DNA of 38,203 bases from Pseudovirgaria hyperparasitica. Lineage: Eukaryota. The position numbers were made by a program, and so were the translations under genes. The first letter of the stretch is position 1. Every line of letters starts with the position of its first letter. The notes below the pieces were generated by a model. It was given only the letters and a program-made list of their open reading frames with translations. It searched no databases and was not told the origin of the DNA. Where the stretch lies: NCBI GenBank assembly GCA_010093815.1, contig ML996590.1; one strand, 5' to 3'. Positions 1 through 12,800 of this stretch are shown piece by piece.

Positions 1-730
1 TAGCTATACTTCCTTCTATCTATTCTATTAATTATAGAATTATAAGTCTAGGTATTATTCCCTAAATAAAATATATTATACTTTAGTAGAGAAGAGTAGT
101 AGATTATTAAGAAAGTACTTTTTATAGTCTCTTTTCTAGTCTTTCTACTTCTTTTAGTTCTTCTCTATAAATATAGTTAGATCTTTAGATTTTAGTATAT
201 CTAGAGATAGAATAGAGTAAGTTAATAATAAAGTAGCTAGAATTCTAGTAGATTATTATAACTCTAATAGAGGATAAACTAATTCTATCTAAATTAGTAT
301 ATGGAGTTATTTAGCTACTATTATTTAGTATAGTTCTTTAAGAGACTTCTTAAGTTCTTATTTCTTTATAAGAAGTTTTATATATTTAGTCTATTCTTTA
401 AGAATCTAAATCTCTTAGACTTAATTAGTAATATACTTCTATAGTTTAGTAATAGTTTATTATAATATCTTATATAGCTCCGCTACGACTTATTATCTAA
501 CTTTATATTATTAGAAGTTACTTAGTATATCTACTATTTTTTTATTAGAAAGCTATATAATTTAGTCTTATATCTCTACTTCTTAGTTAGAAATAGCTAG
601 ATTTAATACTAATTATAGAGGATCTCTATTATTTAATATAGTATTACTTATCTCTATAGTAGATTATATTAACCTTCTTAGTTCTAGTTAAACTATCTTA
701 ACTATAGTACTATATAGAGAGTAATTTAAA
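1..730 (-). pseudogene. Ty3/Gypsy family B 5' internal region and gag (RIP-degenerate, runs off the window start)
   Basis: Minus strand ~200->10 de-RIPs to PKPKDPTVFTGKNQKEWKDWERDCEKYFLDDPLLFSTEAQRISFGEQYL, a Gypsy capsid-like pattern (PxxFxG..W..W..C..F..P..F..E..RI..YL). It lies directly downstream of the LTR at 731-958 on the minus strand. Confidence 0.7.
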
Positions 731-958
731 TATATAAATAGAGTTATTAGATAGTAGTATAGTTAAATAGAATAATAGAGTATATTCTATTATAGAATAA
801 ATTACTATTAAACCCTTTTAGTAGAAATCTAAGAGTATATATATAAAGGGATACTAGTCTATTTAGTATATAACCGTTTACTATCTATTATACTATCTTC
901 TAACTAAGTTACCTAAGATATATATAGATATAGTTATATCTAAGACTAAGTTCTAATA
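731..958 (-). repeat. 5' LTR of Gypsy family B (228 bp)
   Basis: Colinear with, and the same length as, 14776-15003 (e.g. gagttattagatagtagtatagtt vs gggttattagatagtagtatagtt). Minus-strand termini TATTAG...ATATA are RIPed TG...CA. Followed on the minus strand by gag. Confidence 0.85.
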
Positions 959-3900
959 ACTAACGTTAGAGTAGATTTCTACTATATATTTCTAATTATC
1001 TAAGTATACTAGAGAAGCTTATATCCGCGCTTTCTACGGCTAAAATTCTTAGTATACTTAGAAATATATAAGATATACTAGCTCCCTTACTAGTATTATA
1101 GAAGAAACTAATTTCTAAGCTATTAGAGTAAGTTATTAAAATAGCTTATTAACTTATTTATTACTTTAAAGATAGTCTATTATATAAATTTAATCTCTAT
1201 ACCCTTATCTTACTTTAAGATATTATCTATATATATCTAGAAGTCTTAAGAAATTAAAATTATTTATAGTCTAGAGATAAATAGTCTTAGAAAGATAGAT
1301 ATTCTTCTAACTAGAACTATCTTATAAATAAAGATTATAGAATATATCTAGTAACTACTAAAGCTATAAAGGTTAAAAGGCTAGCTATAAATTTCTATTA
1401 ATCTAAATATTTTAGTAACTTCTAAAACTTTATATAGCTAAGAGAAGTTAACTTACCTTTCTTATCCTCTCTATTATTAATTAAAGTTTCTACTCTACTA
1501 AAGAAAAGATCTATAAGACTATAAGATTTTAAGTTTTATAATAAATCTATAAGACTAGAGAACTCTAATTCTTATAAGATAATAATCTCTACTTCTTATA
1601 AGATAATTATAGTACTAGAGAATTCTTACTAGAGAGAAAGCTTAAGCTAAGAAGCTAAGAGAAGCGGAGAGTAACTTAGAATACCTTAGAGTCTTAAATC
1701 TCTAATCTTAACTCTAATTCCAGTTTCTATTATAGCTTAGTAAGCTTAGCTAAATATACTAAGTATAGAAATAATTATATAAATTATAATAATAGTAATA
1801 GTAGTACTTAATAATCGTAAAAGAGTAAATCTACTAGTAGAATAAGATAGAACTAGCTAAGTTATACTCTCTTAAGAAAGATCTCTAGAAAGATATAAAG
1901 AGAAACCTTCTAGAGACTATTTGTCTAGAAATGACTTCTATAGATAAGCTTAGTCTATAGTTAGAGTTTTAAGAAATAATAATAATCTAAGTAAAGGCTT
2001 AGATAATAATCTATAGAGAGATAATAATAGAGCTTATAGTTACTATTATAGATTATATATATCTCTATATTATTACTAGAGAACTATAGAAACTAGAGAC
2101 TATAATAATAATAATAGTATAAATTCTAGAGATATAAAGTTTAGAATAGAGTATATTAGATTCTTTAATCTAAGTATAGATCTCTTAAGGACGGAAGATA
2201 TTTATAATAAGAATAGAAAAGTCTATTATAGATCCGTTTAGCTATTTATTAATATAATAAGGAATTATTAGTAGACTTACTCTATAAAGATTATTTATTA
2301 TAATCTCTATAAGTATCTAAGGAATACTATATAAATCTAGTATAACTTCTAATTAAGTAATACTATAAAGTTAAGTCTAACTAGCGAAGATAGACTTAAG
2401 TACTAGATTAAGAAACTTAAAAAGAGATTCTCTATACCTCTAAGCGCCGCTCTAAAAAGACTCTAAGATATGACTTATAGTCTAGAGAATCTATATAGAG
2501 GCTAAAGTACTACTAACTATATTATAAAGGTACTTAGAGCTTATAAAGAAGTAAATTTAAAGTCTAAAGTACTTATAATAGCTTAAGTATAGAATAAGCT
2601 TAATCTAAGATTTAGAGTAAGTATAGAGAAGTCTAGATTAAATATAGATCTAGATACCTTTTATAAATAGCTTAAATAGAAGTTATAGACCTAGTAAGAA
2701 CTCTATAAGTAGAGTAAGTTTAACTCCCCTTCTAGTAGAATATTATAAGAATAGTATTAGTTAAACTACTATTCTTAGAAAGAAAAAGAAGTTAGAAATA
2801 ATAACTACTTTTATAGCTATAGAATATAATATACTAGTAGCGGTAGATAAGAGGACCACTCTAATAAGTACTAGATAATAAAAGAAAGTAAGAAAACAAT
2901 CTAAGTTATATCTTCTTAGATAAATAAGTAAAGGTCTAGTAAAGACTATAGTTAAAACTAGTACTAGGGAAGAGACTATCGCTATTATAACTCTAACTAT
3001 TACTCTAAAGAGAATAATAAGTACTAACTAAAGAGCTTTAAAAAGACTATAATAACTTCTATATAGATCGAAAGATAATCTTATATAAAGCTATAGCGCG
3101 TCTATTATAATATAGTTCTAGCTAAGTTTCTTAATTAAGAAGAATTATAGAATAAAGAAGATTTACTAGATAAAAATTAGAGTAGATAGACTTAAGAATA
3201 AGTAGAAGAAAGCTAATTAGACAAAGAACCTTATAAAAAGTTAGCGGGAGTTTTCTTTATAAGAACTAAGAAAGTTAAGACTCTACTAGTATTATTACTT
3301 AAGAAACTATAAAAGAGTAAAAGAATAATAGTAAAAAACTATTATATCTATAGATAGAAGTATCCTTCTAATAATAAGCTTTATTAGTATATTATAGAAA
3401 AGTATCTAAAGAAGCTAGTAGATTTTATATATATAGTAGACGAGTTTCTATTATCTCTACTAGTACTATAAGTTATTAAAAGTACTATAAAGTAGATAGA
3501 ATCTAAAGACTATTATCTTTATTATTAGAACTATATTATAATAAGTATAATACTAAATAGTATAATAGAGTCTAAGTAAATAATTATAGATACTAGAGTA
3601 AAGCTAAGTCTTATTAATAGAAACTAGCTAGCTATAATACTACTAGATTATAAAAAGCACGTTATAAAACTTATATATCTAACTATAGTTATAGATATTA
3701 GTAATAAGGTTTATAATAATAATAAGTCTATTAAAATAACTCTTATAGTATCTACTATAATAGAAGGAACTAATATTATAGTTACTATTAAGTATAAAAT
3801 ATATATTATTAAAAACCTAGTACTAAAACTACTAATAGATATAGATAATATTAGTCTAGAAGAAATAGATATTAAAGTTTAAAACTATATAATTATATTT

Positions 3901-5453
3901 CTATATAGTTAAAATATAATAGCTTCTATAAGTATCTATCTAAGATATAAGAGATAGTTAAATATTATAGTAAGAGCGTAATACTTAGTATCTATTAAGT
4001 CTAATTTAAGAGGTATAGTTCTTATAGATATATATAATCTCTCTAATAATTATAATATACTTTTTAAACCTATAAAAGAGTACCTCTCTACTACTAGAAA
4101 ATAATAAGATATAATTTATATAGTAGTTATTAACTCTAGTTATAGAGGAATTATAATTAAGAATAATAGAAATAAGATAGTTATAATTCTAAGAAATATA
4201 GTACTTAGTAAAATCTATAAACTAGATATTACTAGATATTACTAAATCTCTAATACTAACGTAGACCTTATTATACTATCTTTCTTAGAAACTATAAATA
4301 TTAATCTAAAACTTAAGACTTATCTTCTTAATAAAATAATACTCTATAGTAGAGAAGAGAAAGCTATAAAATATAAGAAGCTTATTAAAGAATTTATAGA
4401 GTTATAGTAAGATAAAAAATCTATTATAAACTCTAGAGAAGTAAAGCTTATTCTTATAGAGGACTAGAGAGAACTTAAGAAGTTATATACTAGAGTATAT
4501 AATATTAGTCTACGGGACTATAGAGTAATTAATAAAACCTTTAATAGACTTTATAATAATAATAAAATAGAATAGAGTAAAAAGTCTATATAATTTAGCT
4601 CTCTAGTTTTTATTATCTAGAGAGAGATATTTAACTCTAAATTAAATAGACTAATATAGAAGCCACGCATAGTAATTAATATTAGAGGTCTTAATATAAT
4701 TAATATTAAGAATTCCTACCCGTTAATTAGAATAGATAATATACTCTAGACTAGTTAAGATTACTACTATATTATAATAATAGATACTATAAGTATATTC
4801 TACTAATAGTTAGTAAGAGAAGAAAATTATAAATAATTTATAGTAAATATCTATAGGGTTTAAGAATATCTAAAAGTTCTTACTATAGGCTATATTAATT
4901 TAGTCTAGTATATATAATAGAAACTTAATAATCTTCTATAAGAGTTTCTATAGATAAAAGTCTATATAGATAATATAGTAGTTTTCTCTAAGATATTTAA
5001 AGAATATATTTATTATCTATAGTAACTATAGAGTATACTATTAGACTTTAATATATCTCTTACTATAACTAAGACATTTATTAGATATCTAAGTACTATA
5101 ATTCTAGAAAAGAGAGTTAATATCTTTAGACTATCTTTAAAGATAGAGTAAATTATAGCTCTAAAAGGAATATAGATTCTAAAAGATACTAAGTTAACGT
5201 ATCTACTAATAAGCTAATCTACTAATATAGTACTTAAATAATATCTAGAAATAGTAGAATATCTACGAGGATAGTTACTATACTATATATAGCTAGTCTT
5301 ACTACTACTAAAAGCTAGTACTAAGCTCTTCTACTATACCCCTTATAAGAAGACTTAGTAGAAAGTATAGACCTTAAAAAGACTAGTTCTATAAACTAAA
5401 GCGCTTATTAAATTATTTTAGATAATATAAGAACTATAGAATAATCTAATCTT
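959..5453 (+). mobile_element. Ty3/Gypsy family A retrotransposon, copy/segment 1 (gag, C2H2 finger, protease, RT); RIP pseudogene
   Basis: De-RIPed motifs: gag EHIGFFDP...GKVYYRSVWLFID (~2150-2255); C2H2 CHIC..KYPSNNKLHQH (~3340-3410); protease D-T-G at 3589; RT V-Y-I-D-D at 4960-4974. The 5' end is cut by the family B LTR and the 3' end by the N gap. Confidence 0.9.
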
Positions 5454-5463
5454 NNNNNNNNNN
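5454..5463. other. Assembly gap (10 N)
   Basis: Run of n characters. Confidence 1.
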
Positions 5464-8400
5464 CTATAAGTAGAGTAAGTTTAACTATTTCTATTCTAGT
5501 AAAGTATTATAAGACTAGTATCTATTAAACTACTATTCTTAGAAAGAAAAAGAAGTTAGAAATAATAACTACTTTTATAGAAACCGCGGAATATAATATA
5601 CTAGTAGTAGTAGATAAGAGAACTACCCTAATAAGTACTAGATAATAAAAGAAAGTAAGAAAATAATCTAAGTTATATCTTCTTAGATAAATAAGTAAAG
5701 ATCTAGTAAAGAGTATAGTTAAAACTAATATTAAGGAAGAGACTATTAACTATATAATATAAACTATTAACTATATAAAGGGAATAGTAAGTATTAGCTA
5801 AAGAGCTTTAAAAAGATAATAATAACTTCTATATAAGTTAAGAGATAACTATATATAAAGCCGTAATATATCTATTATAATATAGTATCTATAGAATTTC
5901 TTAACTAAGAAGGTTTATAGAATAAGAAAGACTTACTAGATAAAGATATAGATAGATAAGCTTAAGAGTAAGCTAAGAAAAGCTAGTTAGATAAGAAATC
6001 TTATAAGAAGTTAGCTAGAGTTTTCTTTATAAGAACTAAGGGAGTTAAGACTCTATTATTACTATTACTTAAGAAACTATAAAGAAGTAGAAGAATAGTA
6101 GTAAAAAACTATTATATCTATAGATAAAAGTATCCTTCTAATAATAAGCTATATTAGTATATTATAGAAAAGTATCTAAAGAAGCTAGTAGATTATATAT
6201 ATATATAGTAGACGAGTTTCTATTATCTCTACTAGTACTATAAATTATTAAGAGTACTATAAAGTAGATAGAAACTAAAGACTATTACTTTTATTATTAG
6301 AACTATATTATAATAAATATAATACTAAATAGTACTATAGAGCTAGAATTAATTATTATAGATACTAGAGTAAAGCTAAGTCTTATTAATAGAAACTAGC
6401 TAGCTATAGTACTACTAGATTATAAAAAGCATATTATAAAACTTATATATCTAACTATAGTTATAGATATTAGTAATAAGGTTTATAATAGTAATAAGTC
6501 TATTAAAATAACTCTAATAGTATCTACTAACTTAGAAGAAACTAATATTATAGTTACTATTAAGTATAAAGTATATATTATTAAAAACCTAGTACTAAAA
6601 CTACTAATAGATATAGATACTATTAGTCTAGAAGAAATAGATATTAAAGTTTAAAACTATATAATTACCTTTCTATATAGCTAAAATATAGTAGCTTCTA
6701 TTAGTATCTATCTAAGATATAAGAGATAGTTAAATATTATAGTAAGAGTATAATACTTAGTATCTATTAAGTCTAATTTAAGAGGTATAGTTCTTATATA
6801 TATATATATAACCTCTCTAATAATTATAATATACTTTTTAAACCTATAAAAGAGTATCTCTTAGCTACTAGAAAATAGTAAGCTATAATTTATATAGTAG
6901 TTATTAACTCTAGTAGTAGAGAAATTATAATTAAGAATAACGGAAATAAGACGCTTATAATTCTAAGGAATATAGTACTTAGTAAAATCTATAAACTAGA
7001 TATTATAGAATACTACTAAATCTCTAATACTTATATAGACCTTACTACTCTTTCTCCCTTAGAAGCTATAAATATTAATTCTAAGCTTAAGACTTATCTT
7101 CTAAATAGAATAATACTCTATAGTAGAGAAGAGAAGACTATAAAATATAAAGAACTTATTAAAGAGTTTATAGAGTTATAGTAAGATAAAAAATCTATTA
7201 TAAACTCTAGGGAAGTAAAGCTTATTCTTATAGAGGACTAATAAGAACTTAAGAAGTTATATACTAGAGTATATAATATTAGCCCTTAGAACTATAAAGT
7301 AATTAATAAAACCTTTAATAGACTTTATAATAATAATAAAATAGATTAGAGTAAAAAGTCTATATAATTTAACTTTCTAGTTTTTATTATCTAGAGAGAG
7401 GTCTATAATCTAAAGATAAATAGACTAATATAGAAACTATATATAGTAATTAATATTAGAGGCCTTAATATAATTACCGTTAAAGATTTCTATCTATTAA
7501 TAAGAATAGATAATATACTCTAGGCTAGCTAAGATTACTACTATATTATAATAATAGATACTATAAGTATATTCTACTAATAGTTAGTAAGAGAAAAAGA
7601 TTATAAGTATTTTATAGTAAATATCTATAGAGGTTAAGAATATCTAAAAGTTCTTACTATAGACCATATTAATTTAGTCTAGTATATATAATAGAAACTA
7701 AATAATCTTCTATAAGAGTTTCTATAGATAAAAGTCTATATAGATAATATAGTAGTTTTCTCTAAGATATTTAAAGAGTATATTTATTATTTATAGTAGC
7801 TATAGAGTATACTATTAGACTTTAATATATCTCTTACTATAACTAAGATATTTATTAGATATCTAAGTACTATAATCCTTACAAAGAGAGTTAACGCCTT
7901 TAGACTATCTTTAAAGATAGAATAAATTATAGCTCTAAAAGATATATAGTTTCTAAAAGATACTATAGTACTTAAAGAATATCTAGAAATAGCGGGATAT
8001 CTATAAGACTAGTTACTATACTATATATAGTTAGTCTTACCGCTACTAAAAGCTAGTACTAAGCTCTTCTACTATATCTCTTATAAAAAGACTTAGTAAA
8101 AAGTATAGACCTTAAAAAGGCTAGTTCTATAAACTAAAGCGCTTATTAAATTATTTTAGATAATATAAGAACTATAGAATAATCTAATCTTCTATTATTA
8201 CTATAAGCTATTAAGATATATATTTCTAGATATTAATACTTTAAAAGAGTATAGCTTTAGAGTCTTTATATACTATATTTATAGAGACCTAGATCTAGTA
8301 ATATTATTAGTTCCGGTTAATAATCTAGTAGACCTAGATAAAACTAATCTTAATCTACTTAACTCTATAAGAATATTATAGCTATACTAGATAGAATTAT

Positions 8401-9854
8401 TTCTAAGGGAGGTAATTTAACTAATATTATTTCTTAGTAAAGCTATTATAGTAATTAAACGAAACTATTAGTCTATAGAACTTAAAATAGCTAGTCTAGT
8501 TTAGTTAGTAACTAAGCTTTAATATTTTATTAAGTTATTAGTATAGTTTATTATATTTATAGACTATACTATAATAATAACTATTATATATTAGATAAAG
8601 CTCTCTAGTATAGCTACTAACTATAAGAATATCTATCTTATTTAAGTAGCTTAATATCTCTTATAATATAAGCTTAACATCTAGTACTATTCTAGTAGAA
8701 ACTATATTATACTAGACGTACTTAGTAGACTTATAAGTATAGTACTAGCTATCGAAGATAATATACTAGATAAGATTAGCTAGACTTTTATAATTAGTAG
8801 TAATAAAGAGATAATTACTAAACTTATCTATATCTATTATATAGTCTTAATTAAGATAGTAGATAAATTTAAGAATTATCTATAGAAAGCTTATAAAGAA
8901 GATAATACTTAGAATAAAGTATATAAAGTACTAATTAAAGAAGATACTCTATAGTAAGAGAATAAGAATATACTAATATATATTAACTTTTCTAAAGGTA
9001 AATTATTATTAAAAGGGAAATTATAATCTCTAAATAGACTAAAATTCTTTATAAAAGATAAGATAATTTATAATATTAATCGAGGTAATAATTAGAAAAG
9101 GCTATTTATTCTCTATACCCTTCTTATTAAGATCTTTAATATACTTTATAATTATAGTTTCTATTAAGAAAAGAATAGACTCTATAAGAGAGTATCTATA
9201 TCTTTCTATATATACTATCTTTTAAAAGAAGTTAAGGCCTATATTACATATTATAAGTAATATAATAAGGTAAGAACGTCTTAGTAATAGCTATATAGAA
9301 GTTTTACTTCTATTATAACTTAGTATATACTATTTAGAACTATATACCTCGACCTTATTACTACTCTATCTAAGATAGTAATAGATTATAATACTCTAGT
9401 ATCTATTATCTATAAAGCTATAAAAAGAGTACTACTTATTCTAGAATATACTAACTAGAGCGCTAAAGAATAGACTAGTCTAATTTTACTAAACCTAGTT
9501 AAATATAATTAGAGAATCCCGGTAGAAATTATCTTAAATAGAGATACTAGATAGCTATTAGCCTTCTAGTAGAAAGTGTTTATAATATTAGAAGTTAAAT
9601 TCCTAATATCTACTATATATCGCCTATAAATAGACGGCTAGATAGAGAGAATAAACTAATCCGTAGAGATTAGAATATAATTTATAGTTACTAAGAATTC
9701 TAATAAAGATTAGAATACCTATCTACTATTTCTATAAGACTTTATAAATAATACTATAAATAAAACTACTAGTATATCTCTTAATAAGTAACTATATAGT
9801 TTTAAAGTTAAAGATAGTATTAATTCCTACGGAATCTTATAAAAAGATATAAGT
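5464..9854 (+). mobile_element. Ty3/Gypsy family A retrotransposon, copy/segment 2 (gag end, PR, RT, RNase H, integrase); RIP pseudogene
   Basis: PR DTG at 6361; RT VYIDD at 7734-7748; RNase H FLDVDASKEHGFG (~8223) and NYWPTELE (~8464); integrase DLITALP (~9350), WGIP.EIISDRD (~9510) and STAYRPQTDGQTERMNQ (~9609). Domain order PR-RT-RH-INT is Gypsy-type. Truncated by the Helitron at ~9855. Confidence 0.92.
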
Positions 9855-12800
9855 TCCCGCTAGCGCCCTTACTAAAACCACGACTAAAAAACTACCTTTT
9901 CCCTTATAATAAATTAACCACGACCTTAATCGAAACTCTATTCTAATAAATCGTGCTCCTAGCTACCCTAAGTAATTCTATATACTTTTTATAACTTATA
10001 GGCGCGGCGTTATAGACGAGTTCTAGTTATAAGCCTCTAGTATCGCGTTTAGTAGTAGGTAAAAAATCTATAGCCCTTAGCGGCGCGGACTATTAATTTT
10101 CTAGCACGCCTAAGGCTTCTTATTATTATCTTTTTCTCTTCTATTCCCTCTTCTATTCTCTCTCGATAATATATTATTATACTACTATAAATAAAGAAAA
10201 AGAGTCTAAAGATTTAAAATATATAATAGTAGTAGTAACGTATATTACTCTCCCTACTAGTCTCTCTTAGTAGTACTAGCTCTATAATAGATTAGGATAC
10301 TCTATACTAATTCCTACTTATATCCTTCTAAGTAGCCTCTTTATAGCTAGATATACGCTAACTCCTTCCCTCTAGTCCTCTATAATATTAAACTATTATC
10401 CCCTTTATACTCTATTCTCTATAATAGTTATATCTTAAGAGCTAGAGCCGCTAACGTCGTCGCTAACTCTATAATACCTTCTAATTATTATTCTACCACG
10501 TTATAAGTAATCTAAATACCCTCTAAATAACCCTATACCACGCTAATAGCCTTCTATATATACTACGGCGCACTCTCTTTAGTATATAGCTAGCTAGACC
10601 TTAATCTATTTAAAAGCTAATTTAATTCGATCTACGATAGTCTTAGATAATAGATAGTTCTATAGATAGATTAGTAAGTATTATAATAGATAAATATCTA
10701 CTAGATAACGTATTTAGAACTCCTTCTATACTATAGTTAGGACTAACGCTTACTCTATAATAGCTACCTTTAGTTATAGAGGAAGACTCTTCTCTAGACT
10801 CTCTATAGTAGATACCACGAAGGCATTTATATAGAGAGAGTCGAATTATTATAATATAGGAATCGCCGTCTTAATAATAGATACTATCTATCCCTTACTA
10901 GTAGTCGCGTTATAACTAGGACTCTTTCTTAGATACTCTCTAGTAAATACTATAAAGTCGTCCTTAGATAGAGTATATTATAAGGCTAGAGTCGCTGTCT
11001 TAGTAATATATACTCTATACTCTATACTAATAGTTATATTATAATTAGAAGTCTTTCTTAGACCCTCTCTAGTAGATACTATAATATTAATTCTAGGTAT
11101 ACTAAATATCTATATATTAGCGTCGCAAAGTAGTAAAGGATTAAGTACTATACTATATAATAGGTATCTACTATAATAAATATAGGCTAGCTACCCTATG
11201 CGCCTATATTACCTACTCTATTATAAGTAACTTTTAGTATATTCTCCGCCGTCTAAGTATAATATATAGATTCTATAATACTCTCTTTTAGTATAAAGAG
11301 ATTCTAGTAATAAGAGTAAATAGAGAGATTTAGATACCTTACTACGGTAATAGTAAAGTATAGATTCTAGTACTATCTAAATATCCTCTAGTCTTATGCT
11401 AGCTTCTCTTATAGATATAATAGATCTAGAATAGTACTACTATTTAGAACTATATAATAGAGAAGTTCCGATAGAGTATATAATACTATAACTAGTTAGT
11501 ATTATTTATTTCTATAAAGATTAATATTAAGAATAGTATACTATAGAATACTCTTCTAAGGAATAGCTATTAAGGCGTATATACTCTAGTTATAAAGGGT
11601 AAGCTTCTCTATTTTATAAGTAATCTATAACTAAACTATAACGACCTAAAGTATATATAGCTATATATCTATAATAACTAGACTAAGTAGAGTAGGCTAC
11701 GTTATGCTACGTTCTATAATCTCTATAATAATATTCTATGGCGTATTAAGGAGGTTCTCTACCATATAAACCCATTTATCTAGATATTTCATATAAACGC
11801 GTAAATACTACACGACTAGCCTACCCTTAGTCTTAGTATTAGTATTATTAAAGACTACGACCACGACCTAAGGAGATAGAATATACTAAACTACGATAAG
11901 ATTACTAGACTTCTTCTAGTTAGACCGTAGAGTAAGCTAGTTATAGAGTAGTATAATATTATACTCTAATATATAGATAGTACTCTACGCTAGATAAGTA
12001 ACCTCTATATAATATATCTTCTAATATACTTTCTACTACTCTTTCTATATAGGTTACTAGGGTAGAACTAGAACTATTCTATATACTAGAATCTCTATTA
12101 TCCTCGAGGCGTAGGCCGCCGTAAGTAGATTATAGCTATTCTAGAGAGAGGTTGTAGTCGTGGTCGTAGTAGTTATAATTATAGTAATTATAGTTATAGT
12201 AGTTATAGTCGTGGTAGTCATACTATTAAAGATAAGTAGACTCTAGTCTAAAATATTACTACTAGGTATAGATCTCGGCTTAGCTATTATAGGTATAAGT
12301 AGAAGTATATTAGCTAGTAGATATAGTAGAATTACTTTCTATAGCGCCGATCTAATTCTCTTAACCTAGTACTCTACGCTAGATATCTATTCTAGAAGGT
12401 TATAATAGACGTATAGGTATTAATCTAGGGAAATCGCCTTACCTAGTAGTAGTAAAACTAGAGTAAGGTCCGTTATATATACTTTACTAGACTTCTAGAG
12501 ACGCTTAGAAACTCTAATATAACTAGTTATAAGCTAGAAAGTACTATTATACTTAGAAAGACTTTCTATAGCGGGCCTCGGTTTATATAAGAGCTATATT
12601 TTAATATAATAGCTATGGCGGCGTATAGTGGGCCGCTAGAGTTCTTTATTACTATAATATATAACCTAGTCTAGTATAAGGTAATAGATAAGCTAGCGCT
12701 AGAAGAATTAGTAATAGATTAAATTAACCTCTACTATCGTGTTTTCTATATAAAGCTAGTATAGCTTCTATATAACCTAATAAAGAGCTATGTCCTTAGA

